Shown: piece by piece, positions 52,490-64,000 of the stretch
Layout: every line of letters begins with the position of its first letter
Position numbering within the stretch: position 1 is the stretch's first letter
DNA from: Rhizophagus irregularis
Lineage: Eukaryota
DNA length: 64,000 nucleotides
Direction: 5' to 3'
NCBI RefSeq assembly: GCF_026210795.1
Contig: NC_089429.1
Span: 2,356,001 to 2,420,000, forward strand
Translations under genes and position numbers: made by a program
Notes under the pieces: generated by a model
What the model saw: only the letters and a program-made list of their open reading frames with translations
What the model was told of the DNA's origin: nothing
Databases searched by the model: none

Positions 52490-55400
52490 AAATGTAAGAA
52501 CAAATATAAAAGTATTTCATTATTTCATTAAAATGTTTTATGTTTAATATAACTTATCAATTTTAAATTAGTCTATAATCCAAGGTTCAGCATTGGAGAC
52601 CGGTATGTGAAGATTTTAAGAAGCGAATGAATATTGAAAAGGACAAGCCTGATGACAAAAATCCTATTATTGGTTTCGGAATAAATATTGAAATTGCCAG
52701 TGTCTTCTTGAAAGGTAATAAAGATAGTTAATTTTTTTTCGCTAATATAGGCAAAAATATTCCAAATATTATGGATTAGTTCGATAACAGAATTGAAATA
52801 TTCCAATTGGAGAATGTATCTATTGTCATCAAAAAAATAAACCAGTTAAATTAGTAGAATGTCATCAATGCTATCAACAAAAAAAACCAATGACTCTTTC
52901 AAAGATTGAAAATATTCCAATTGGAAAATACATGGACAAAAGACAATTTGATTTCTTGGAGATATCATGGCCTAACGTCGATTTTAGAATCTTCTACTTA
53001 AGAAGTTCTTTTTTGAACATACTGTATATGGATAAAGCTCATCAAGATATATAATATACTCGATCTTTTAAACACATCTATCATTTATAATACCTATTGG
53101 CACTGCTGAAATTTTCGATCATTCGTCAGCTCTTACGGTTTCAAGTTAAGAACATGTTTGAGCAGCAAATATTGGTACTGCCTTGAAACATCATCCAATG
53201 GGTTCAATATCATTTTCACGTTCTAACTTTGTTGAGACGAAACCTTATCTTCCAGTGAGAATTTGTCTCCCATAGAACAACTAAACTTCATTAAATGAGG
53301 ATAAATATACCTGCTTGTCTATTATGGAATTACCGGATACTCAAAAAAGTGTATTTGCGAGACTGCGGGGTAACAACAATGGAAAAATATTTAGAGATGA
53401 GAATATTGTTAGCAAACAATTAAGGTCTTGTCAAGTTCTATTTCACTTTCATCAGCAACACAGAATCTTTCTCAGCCCCGGTTGAGCACCATCAATTTAT
53501 TCCTGTTAGTTCCGCTTTAGTACGCTTGAACACCAAATATTGCTTTTATTATTTCTAAGCAGATCTTGGGCGAGGGTAATAAATTAATTAATCTCTTTTT
53601 CCCGAACCCTCTATTGAGCTACCATGAAACAGTTCGTGGTTTTTATTTTTATAACGAATTGCCAGCCTTTAAGATGATGAATGCACTCGCAATCTCATAG
53701 AAAGTACACTTCGTTGGGCGTTAATTTTTAAAAAACTTTCCGTGGAATGAAACATGTGATTCATACGCAATTCTACCTTAGTCTTTGCCGAAAGTATCAT
53801 GCAAAAACGCCAAACTGCGGAATAAAGGAAAAAGAAACCTTATCGTCTTCTAGACAACCATTGACTTCAATATAGAGAAAAGAAAGGTTGAATATGAAGG
53901 AGACTTTGATGTGGTCCGCATGACATTACTCTCACAGAAATCTCTCAACTCTACTTAAAAGGACTTTTGTGTGGTCTGGAATCTCAAGATCTCTAGACCT
54001 ACCTTAATCAAATATAGTCCGACGTTATGTCGACAATTTATTGTTTGCTCTACATAATTCTCAAATTCGGGTTTTATCTTTGGTTGTGATTTCCATTATT
54101 GGTCGAAATATTTCGAGTCATATTCTTTCAAGCGATGAATATTTGCATAAAAGCTTTTTGGAAACGTTAATTAGGAAAGAAGGAACTTGCAGTTGCAGCA
54201 AGTCAATTATTCATAATACGCAGGCGTTTATAAGAATGTTTGATCGATTTTATTGGATTATAGCAAAAAAGAATGAATTTTGAAAATGTCACAGGTCCCT
54301 CTATTATTGTGGTTCACGAGACTACATAACATCTGGTTGTATGCATTCGCTTATTTCCTCTGATAACATGCTTTCCTCAGAAATTCTGGTAGATGAAATG
54401 ATTCACCCTGAACCTTGTAGTCATAACTTCCATCCCATACATTCTATCTTATAATATTTCAAAAATTGGTTCTAATAAGTCTTTAAACGTACTTGACGTG
54501 AAATGATGCATTAATTCTTGGAATGTAGTGACTAGTGATGTCTTACTCAATGGATCAAAAATGTTGTTTTAATTTGCGATGAAAATAGAATTAATGGGTT
54601 AAATTTCGTGTTGTAAGGTAGATAGTAGTATTATAGTTGATGTTTCTGAAATTATTATTCAAGAGTTGCGTGATCGATTTGAATCTAGAAAATGTGGGCT
54701 ATTAAGCTGAAAAAGCAGAAGAGATTTGAAAAACATTGGAAGAGCAAAGATCAATATTCAAGCAATGATAGAGGCTAGATTAAAGAGATTTAGCTATAAT
54801 TAGTTCTTGAACACGATATTTAAATAACAATTTTTTTTTTAGTACAAAATAAGTGTTAGTGTATTTATTGAAAATTTTACACACACAAATTAAAATAAAA
54901 TCCAGATTGTGTGCAATCTTTTATTGCATATATTTGCATTATTTTGATTTTTGAAATTTTTTTTTTCCTTGTTAAACTAAAAACATTTTCTTTTGATATA
55001 ATATATTTTCATTATAGTAGTATATTGCATTTAAAATTTTAATGGTTTCTTTGGCTCGTGTGCATATACTAGTTGATCAGTAACATCATTATCTATAAGG
55101 ACTTGCTCACCGGGAATCCGGTTTATCATCCCAGAGTAAAAATTTTAGATAAATAAAATCCATTATTTTTTGTTTCTCCTATTTGTAAATATAAGTAGAT
55201 AAAATAGACAAGTACACATATTTTTGCTATAATTTAAATTAAGCAACTAAGTAATTGAAAAGGATTCTTGGCAAGCACTCGCCTGTATCCACCACGCACT
55301 CATACTTTTTATTATTCACGTTGACATAAAAATCATATACTGTACAAACAAGCCAGGATCATTGGGTCTTCTAATACAAACTCTAACCTTTATTTACGGC

Positions 55401-57513
55401 ACTGGGTTGGTGTAACGATAAAGTAATAACGAATTGTTAATTCTATTCGTTATCCTCGTCAAAATAACTGTATGATCACGAATAGAGTGACCCTCAAAGT
55501 AATTATGGCATTGCCTCCTATAGTCCTATATCTAATTAGTATAAATAGTTACCATTTTTTCCAATTTTTTTTAGATAATTCCATTGAAAGATTAATACAT
55601 AAATTTACCTAATTAACGTAAGAGTGCAATCATCTGGCCAATTCGAAGCAGCATTAAATATATTTAGGTTGAGAATATTATTTAGAATTATAAATAATTA
55701 TAAATAAATGGATAATTTGAAACTTCATATTGATGCTAAATAGTAAAATTAAAAAAAATTTACAATCAAGTAATATTTAAACCTTGTAGTCATTCCTATC
55801 TTTAATACACTGAAAAATCACCATCTTTGCTGCTTACTATAAATCATATGATTAATCAATAAATCACATGATCTGTGTAGACTGGCGTCTGGCGATATGT
55901 CGCTATAGCGATAAATGACAATTTTCTTTATTTATTTATTTGTGATATTATTTTATGGTAATAAAATTTTTTTTGATAGCTTTCATAGTACTTTTTTTTT
56001 ATCATACTGTAGTAAATAAATTATTAATAAATAGTCACGCTTATCATTTTTGTTACTAAACATATTGCACAGGCTTTCGGCATTCTTATCTCCAATCTAA
56101 ATAAATATAAATCAGTACTAATCAAAAATTTATCATGGGTAGTCTTTTTTTTTATGTTATATATTGAATATATATTTTCTACATTTAGTTGACTTCAAAA
56201 ACAATAACTTTTATTAATTTTCATATATAGTATTAATCTTCAAAAATCAAAATAATATGCTTCTATTTTTATTTTTCAATGGCAAAATAAAACAATTCAA
56301 TATTGTTATTATATAAAGAATTAGATGATTTTTTTTTTAACCATGGCGCGATGTGTAGTGTTGGATTGCTATGCCTCGCATATATCCTATTTTTGGCTGT
56401 TCTTACAACTATAATATATATATTTGTTTTATAAGTGTCGACTGATTCATTCAGCTGATTCTTATAGAGAATACTATAAGACCAAACGTGATATATAATT
56501 GGTTACTCAATTACTCATGTATAATCAATCAATTTTTATTAATGTTCAACATTATACAGCCATATCATCTGAAAGCGAGAAATTGACTAATCGAGCTCCC
56601 ACATGAATAGTATTTTATCTTAAATGAACAGCATCATCCGCAAGTGATTGGCAAGTCTAACGCTTATTTAATATAAACCTTATACTCTAATAGTGTGGTG
56701 TTCGGACTTCTTCTGATTCTGTACCAGGTTATACATCAATGGCTTGTGGTGTTGCTGTAGGAGTTGATGTTGAAGGTGACGTGAAAGTGTCCAATATAAA
56801 ACTATATAATGTCAAAATACTTTCATGAGAGATAATAACATGATTGTAGACAATTCAATGTCAACACTCTGGTCAATTCCTTCGAATTTTGACTGGTGAT
56901 TTTGGATTAACTTTAAAATATTTAACGTGAACAAGATCTTTAGAATCTTCAGACTGAGCATTGCCATATCCCTCAGAAGAAGCTATATGTTTAAATTCTG
57001 AAGCGTTAACTGAAATTTTATCCTCAATACAAGTACAACTTCAGCCGAATGATCGAAGAACATAATTCAGCCCAAAATGTTCCAAGACTATATCAACCAA
57101 CGCAACTTCTGGTTTATGCGGATCTGGATCTGCTTTTTTTAAGGTAGCCATTCTAGGAATAAAATTATCGGGAGCTTTGGCGTAAATTTTACACCCCTTG
57201 TACCCCACGATTTGCCAACATGCACAGCTTATCTAATAAAATATACTGCTTATTTGATATGACCCCTTCTTTTCAAGTGAAAAAATTGCGCTAAAAGTAA
57301 AATTCGATGAACATGCTAAACTGATATGTTGTAAACTTATACTAACGGAGTAATGGTATATCTACCGTTTATTATCTAGATTGGCTGATATGCAATAAAG
57401 AATATTCGAGATCTGTAAAAATAGTAGATGATAAATCACCCATGCTGGATTACGTACTGCTAATTCCTATTCAAAAAACGGATTAATGTGTGATTAACCT
57501 ATACACGTAATTT

Positions 57514-59192
57514 TATGGCAAGCCGTTCAAGTCAAAAGTCCGCCGCTATTGCAGCAGGTACCTGTTGCTTTCGCGGCAGGTACCTGCTAGATTTGCAGCA
57601 GGTATCTGCTGGATTCACGGCAGATACCTGCTAGAATTGCGGCAGATACCTGCTAGATTTGCGGCAGGTACCTGCTGAATTAGCGGCAGGTACCTGCTGA
57701 ACTTGCGGCAGGTACCTGACAGGTTACAAATATGGTATTTTATTTTTTCTGGGTCAAAAAGATTTTTTTAATTTCCATTTATAGTAATCTACCGAATTAT
57801 TGGATCCAAGTTAGTTTATTTCTTTTTTCAGAAGTGATCTTCATCTCATAATTCGGCCCATTACTTTAAATTTTGCTAAAATTAATGATATATAAGGAAT
57901 CTATATTTGATTAATTATAAATAAATTTTTGAAAAGATCGTTTAATTGAAAAAGATTACTGCAGAATACATTTTACAATAAGCTTAAAAATCAAACTATA
58001 AAAGTTATATTATTTATTTTTTATATACTATTATTTTTATTGAAGTTTTGCTTTATATATCATTATTAGTTGAATTTATAAGAGTTATGACAATGGGATT
58101 GATATAAAATGAGTCTTTGTCATATTCACACATCTGCTCATAATTGTTTTAGATTTCCTGCCCAAATTCAAAATAAAAATAAATAGTTTATTTATGATTT
58201 TTAGCAAATCAACAGACATTTCTATAAAAAAAATATACATATAATGAGCTATCAATAAAGTTAAATTTACTGGAGTTGCTTTTTTTTAAAAAAAAAAATA
58301 TTCCCTATATGTAAATTTTTGTTCATTAGTTCTTTTAATGGTTTTGCAAAGATTTCATAATTTAAAATTTTTTTTCTAAATGATCAGAGATTTCCAGCCA
58401 TAATCCACATATAAGAAAGTTTTTGTGATATTGGTTTAAAATTAAAAGAATAATATTAATGATAGTGGCATCAATAAATTTAAACCAATATAGTTAAATT
58501 GGATATATAAATAATAATATTCTGGTAGTGTATTTTGTTATACTAATCATTTAATCAAATTGTAAATTTTAAAATTATTTAAATTGATTTTTATATTGCT
58601 CATTTGAATTTAAAAATTTTATAATAATTTATTAGTATTAATTCTTTCATTTATAATTTTTTTATACTTAAAAGTTGAGTTTCAAGTTATTTTTTACATT
58701 AAACCTTATTTTAAAAAATACTTTGAATTTACAATATAAATTAAAACTATTAAAGATTTTAGTATTGATTATACGATTAATTCTAGCCAAATTTATAGTG
58801 ATGGGCAGAATTATGAGATGAAAATCACTTCTGAAAAAAGAAATAAACTAACTTGGATCCAATAATTTGGTAGATTACTATAAATGGAAATCAAAAAAAT
58901 TTTTTTGACCCAGAAAAAATAAAATACCATATTTGTAACCTGTCAGGTACCTGCTGCAAGTTCAGCAGGTACCTGCCGCAAATCTAGCAGGTACCTGCCG
59001 CAAATCTAGCAGGTACCTGCCGCAAATCTAGCAGGTACCTGCCGCAAATCTATCAGGTATCTGCCGCAATTCTAGCAGGTATCTGCTGCAATTCTAGCAG
59101 GTACCTGCCGTGAATCCAGCAGATACCTGCCACAAATCTAGCAGGTACCTGCCGCAATAGCAGCGGACTTTTGACTTGAACGGCTTGCCATA
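57514..59192. mobile_element. Non-autonomous foldback-like element with ~350-390 bp TIRs containing 22-bp palindromic tandem repeats
   Basis: Arm 57514-~57862 is the reverse complement of ~58799-59192. GCAGGTACCTGC-cored 22-mers occur 8 times on the left and 10 times on the right. A direct repeat TAATTT flanks the element (57508-57513 / 59193-59198). Confidence 0.92.
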
Positions 59193-59619
59193 TAATTTGA
59201 ATGTGCTAACGTCAGTAGGATAATAAAAATTTACCAGATCTGTAAATCATAGGTTCTAATCGCTCAATTTCCATTTTTGATTCTTTTTAATGACGCCCTG
59301 TGCCCTGTCTTACGATCCGTGAGATCAGGAATATGTTTTTTTATTAGTAATTCAAAACTGTGATTAGTGAAATAAGACATACCAGAACTTTCGGGAAAGT
59401 GTATGTTGAAAACATTAAAATATATTAAGAATTTATGTTTTTTTTATTGCAAATTGCATTTATCTACATTTGTTACATTTTAAAAGTATTTACTATTTTA
59501 TATTCTAAATGTTTTACTATATTAATGCTACAACTTTTCGTACTATTAAATGATATATTTATAATCTCTTTCGTCTATTTTCATTACATTTTGTTTATTA
59601 TATTTGCTATTATAACCAA

Positions 59620-60801
59620 CTAGATTTTATTCTTTTTATAAATGATGATTCCTACTATGCGTAAATCAACTGCACTAGTTAATCTACTTGATTTGAGTGC
59701 TAACTGATTCTTATTGATGTCTGCCTTGGGTGTCTCATATTTATTCCTAATCATTCGAATATAATTGGTGGCTTGAGGGTCATATATAAAATCGTACACA
59801 TCAGCCTCACATTTACAAAAGTTACGAGATTTACGCACTACATCCTTCCACCTTTTATTGCCACTACTAAGATCAAGGTGTTGATAATCTTTTAATAAAG
59901 ATTTTGGAATATCGTAAATAATTATCGCACATGGTGAGCCAATAAATTTTTGTATTCCAAAATCAATTACCGACTTAAATTCATCATTGAGATAAAATGA
60001 TGTCGTTCGACCACCAAAATCTTGTTTTATCTGACCTACTACCAAGCTGATGCCATCAGTAAAAATACTTTCGGTACTAATCAAGTCCGTGGTATGGTAA
60101 TACCAGGTGCTTTTATCATTAAATTGATTAAGATCTGTTTCAAGGAGGAGATTAAGTTCATTGCCTTTGTCACTAGTATTACTAACGGATATAGTAACAA
60201 TTATTGGCGTGTTTTTAAAAACATCAACTCTATTCTCACTTGCATTTTCAACAAAAGAGATAAACTCATTTGAAGCTTGATTAGTGAATTGGTATATTGC
60301 CCAATTAATCCAGTAATTGGGTGTTTGTGCTTTTAGATATTCTTCAGATACTCCGTTAACAATGAAATTGGCACTTTTTAGAGAAAAGGATTCCATTAAC
60401 CAAGCATCTGGCGAGTAGTCTTCATTCCAAGAGTCTGTTACTGTTTCGGATGCGTAAGCAAGAAGCCAGTATTCAATTGTCTGCGTCAATAAAAATTCAT
60501 TTGAGATGGATGACATCCAGTTGAGAAACTTCTCACGACTAAAACCAAACTTTTGTGCTTGGTCCACGAGCTCAGTGATCCCTTCTAGATGCGATATATT
60601 GTGTTAGAAACTTCTGTTTCATCCACATGAAATTTTAAATTTTTCAGCTGAAAATGAATTACCTGTTATAGTCTCCCCAGTAGTAACGGCTCCTGTATCA
60701 AGTTCAGTAACGGATCCTGTATCAGTAACAGATCCTGTATCGACGAAATTATAGGTAACGGTTTCTGTAAACAAAGAGTTTAGATTTAAAGCAATAGACA
60801 T
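59620..60801 (-). CDS. DUF3990-like (putative ADP-ribosyltransferase-fold) protein with a disrupted 5' end; possibly a pseudogene
   Basis: WYYHTT...QDFGGRTTSFYL...WKDVVRKSR...YDFIYDPQATN...NQLALKS follows the DUF3990 pattern. Two in-frame stops separate the ATG ORF (60801-60619) from the 315-codon ORF. Confidence 0.6.
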
Positions 60802-61849
60802 TAAAGGAGAGTTAAGAAATAAGATTTTTTTATTTTTTTTTGCAAAAATAGATATATATATACAAAAGAAACTTCATTGATTAAATTACGCCAGAATGAT
60901 TAATCATATCCAAACTTTAAAAGCCCAATTTTTTAATGATGTGAATCTGATCAAAGTTCACATGATATCAATTGATCAGGACAAATTGTTAGTCATCCGC
61001 CAAATACAATACATCAATACTTCACATCACTAAATTAATTCCACTTGATTTTTTAGTATATTCACGCGAGGATTCATATATCGTGGCGTCTCTTGGAATT
61101 TAAGGTGTATATCATCCTTTTGCAAATCTAACAGAAATTATGAGGTCTCTGATTGATTATATATGGACGAACTAAATGTGAGTAAGGAATAAGAATCGTA
61201 CTGTAAGATAGGTATTATGACCACATAACTTTACCTGTAAAATATTTATACACCTCACTTAAACTGAAGTATAATGAAAACGGGTGCTCATTCCTTAGCG
61301 AAGTTCACGGTCGCCAAGAATTTCAGTCATACAGCATGTGGATCATGAGATACAGTAGTTCTTTCAACGATAATTTATTATTTTTAGAAGCATTTAAGAG
61401 AAGTGAGGGATAGGGTAGCAAATTGAGTATCCAAGATAACTAAATCCCTAATTACTTTGTTCCATATGTGCGTATTATTACATAAATCAAATTAACGAAT
61501 TGAATCGTAAAAAATAAAGTGATCTATTCTCCCCTATTTTAGTTCGAACATATTACCCATATTACCAAACAACACTCTTGTTATCAACAGTCGATTAATA
61601 ATCTTTCAGAATGCTTCTAGGAATCACTCAATGAAGCATGGCACTTAATTTCGATCACGAATCATATGACCAATTGATCATCTAAGTGGGATATATTACT
61701 GAGGGTGCGACGTTTTAAAACTATTGCATATTCCAGTATTCGTGGATGAGATGCTCAAATAATATTGAGCAACAGTTACTTTTGAGTTTAGAATGTCCAT
61801 TCTCTTTCTCCAACTAGTTAATTTTCTTTGGTTACGCCGTTACGGATAT

Positions 61850-63170
61850 CCTGGACTTGTCTGGATTAAAGTTTCGTGAAAACATAATTTGCGCCTAATG
61901 CAGTCACTTTTCATCTATTGTGAAATTTTTTAACCATCTCCCCACCACCCGAAGAGGTATCTCCTGTGAAAGAGGATGAAGAAGTAGATATAACAGAAAG
62001 ATCCTGATTATTAGAGGAAAGAATTTTTTCTCCCTGCAAAGGATTTTCTTTCGAAAAACTAGTTGGAGTGATTACCTGTGTTATGTGACAAATTGTTCAT
62101 TTCTGCGAAGTGATGATGATCCCCAAATGGCCGACTGTTTCTCATGGACTATCTGTTGACCAATATTTGTATCGTGACATGTATTAGTTGTTTTGTTGCT
62201 GTAGCTAACAGTTTCAGGTTGAATATACAGCTAGCACTCTTAATGTCCGTAGTACTGTGAATCTGAGGGGACCATGAAGAGATGTATTAGATGGAACACA
62301 ATCTATTTTCGTGTCCTCGTTTGCTTCTGCTAAAGAATTGTCATCGTGTTCTGTAACCGGAAATCTGTTAACGAACAAGTCGTTTCTATGGACATCAACT
62401 GCCGTGCCTAAGGACTGACTAAGAGGAGATATTTTCTTGTGAAGGGACTGCTTATAATTAGTGTACCTATGATTCGGATACATTGAGTAGGATTGAGAAA
62501 CCAATCTCTCTAGGCAGGCGTAATTGAACTTTATGTGCAAAAATTTTTGTTTCACTATAGTCGGCTACGTAAAAGGAGACAGATTGTATATGGTAACTGT
62601 AAGACCAAATGTCAAGAGTATTGCGTCCACATTCTTCCATGATCCTTGAGACTCTTAGGTGTATCTCTTCGGTCACTGAAACTAGCGTGGAACTCTTCAA
62701 CGATCACATTCCTTGGAATCTTGGACCGTGACGAAAAATCTACTAAATCTACTTGTATTTTTGATGACTGGAGCAAATACCCCATAAAATATTTTTCAGA
62801 AAAATGATCACGTGTCTGAGTTTCTTAGAAAAATGATCATTTATTGGAGTTTTTTTCCAGTAGGGATATTCAAGTACAGTTCCATTATGCTCCCAAAATT
62901 CTTCACGGAAATCATACACTCTATAGCCGCGGGTATTATTGTCTTGCACTATCAACTTTGTGGACAACTCCTCGTAAAGATCAGTAAACAGTTTTTTCTA
63001 CTCCGGTCATCTTTTTTATATTAATCCCATTTTTTCAAATAGATGAGAAAAAAAATTTGACCGTATAAGATAGTAAAAACGGACATAGAGGATTATAGAA
63101 CATCAGTCCCGTTCTTGCCAGCCACCGAAGAAACAATTTACGTGGTTCTTAAACCTTCAAGTTCTGGAAG
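61850..63170 (-). pseudogene. Fragmented hypothetical protein gene interrupted by a small insertion
   Basis: Overlapping coding-like ORFs at 62214-62967; the reading frame extends when 62780-62865 is removed. Confidence 0.4.
62780..62865. mobile_element. 86-bp CCC...GGG mini-element with a 3-bp TSD
   Basis: ATA|CCCCATAAAATATTTTTCAGAAAAATGATCAC...CCAGTAGGG|ATA; a related sequence starts at ~63841. Confidence 0.65.
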
Positions 63171-63840
63171 TATTCAAAGTACATTGATATAAAAATAAAT
63201 CCGTTTTCCGTAGTTAATATGAACATATGATAGTTTGTCGATAAATGCACCCACTTGAAAGTCTCGACACTATGGTGATGTAGTAGCACCATTGCTACTG
63301 AAATAGTAACTCGCTCTCTCATTGCTTGCCCTTATTTGTCAACTAATGCTCAAACTGTTCGAAAACAAAAAAATGTTACTATGTATTATCCTTTCTCGAA
63401 AATTTTGTGCCATGTCAAAGATATCATCATCCTTTGTGGAATGCTTTGTAACAGTTCTTTAAAATTAATAAAAGACAAACACAATAAATGCAATAGCAAA
63501 TAATACATACTGATTTGTGCGTGAATAAAAAATATGTCTGCATCAGTTATCGCAAGCAATGGCCGGGAGAGATATTTTCTTATGGCGATTCATTTGAACA
63601 GGTGTTGTATTTTAAACCAAGTAAAATACGTTAAAATAAATTTACGGATATTACGAATGGTACACTGGTTTTAAATGTCACTTATTCTGTCTTTAAAGAA
63701 TCTCCGATTAACGTAACACTACTGAAACGAAGATAATCTCTATCGCAATGTGTCTTTCGTAGTATGTTCGACATATTTTCTTTTTGCAAAGACTTTTTTA
63801 CAATATAAATAATAACTCACAAGTATTTCCTAAGTTAGGG

Positions 63841-64000
63841 CCTATAAAAAAAATTTTTTAGAAAATTGATCACATCGGAGTTTTTTTGCTAGAAAAATGA
63901 TTATTTATCGGAATTTTCCCCGGAAAATTTTTTAGCGAGAGAATAAGTAAAAAGATATCAATAACCTATCCCGGAGAAATTTTATTCCAGGTGTCATAGT
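63841..64000. repeat. Related copy of the 62780 mini-element family
   Basis: CCTATAAAAAAAATTTTTTAGAAAATTGATCAC...TAGAAAAATGATTATTTATCGGA aligns by eye with 62781-62850. Confidence 0.5.

Noticed and set aside
52560..54560. Decayed minus-strand gene (F-box/LRR-like?)
   Set aside because: Coding-like composition, but no recognisable motif or sustained frame.
56620..57300. Kinase or Crinkler/PD-(D/E)XK-like relic on the minus strand
   Set aside because: The fragments (DPHKPEVALVD, EGYGN, VKYFK) are too short and interrupted to assign.
1..64000. tRNA or rRNA genes
   Set aside because: None recognised by eye; tRNAscan-SE and Infernal were not run, so small ncRNAs could have been missed.

Overview
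Very AT-rich, intron-rich fungal genomic DNA. The gene families and repeat style suggest a glomeromycotan (Rhizophagus-like) arbuscular mycorrhizal fungus; this is inferred, not verified. Bases 1-15 kb are nested DNA transposons. A repeat element carries a tandem array of 17 hairpin-structured spliceosomal-intron-like units separated by 22-51 nt micro-exons, and a complete pogo/Tigger element is inserted into it. Further along are two hAT transposase pseudogenes and a hAT MITE. Bases 15.5-31 kb are a gene-dense block: PDAP1/PP28-like, VPS35, mitoribosomal RSM25/mS23, DUF924, a multi-pass membrane protein, an SFH5-like CRAL-TRIO protein and a single-domain RNase III with an acidic SIM-like N-terminus. 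Bases 31.7-64 kb are an accessory region. It holds a BTB gene and pseudogene, an OTT_1508-like deaminase with one nonsense codon, an intron-containing secreted protein of bacterial type, a DUF3990-like protein, several MITEs, a long-TIR foldback element and AT-decayed relics. All family assignments are from motif recognition by eye; no database search was run.
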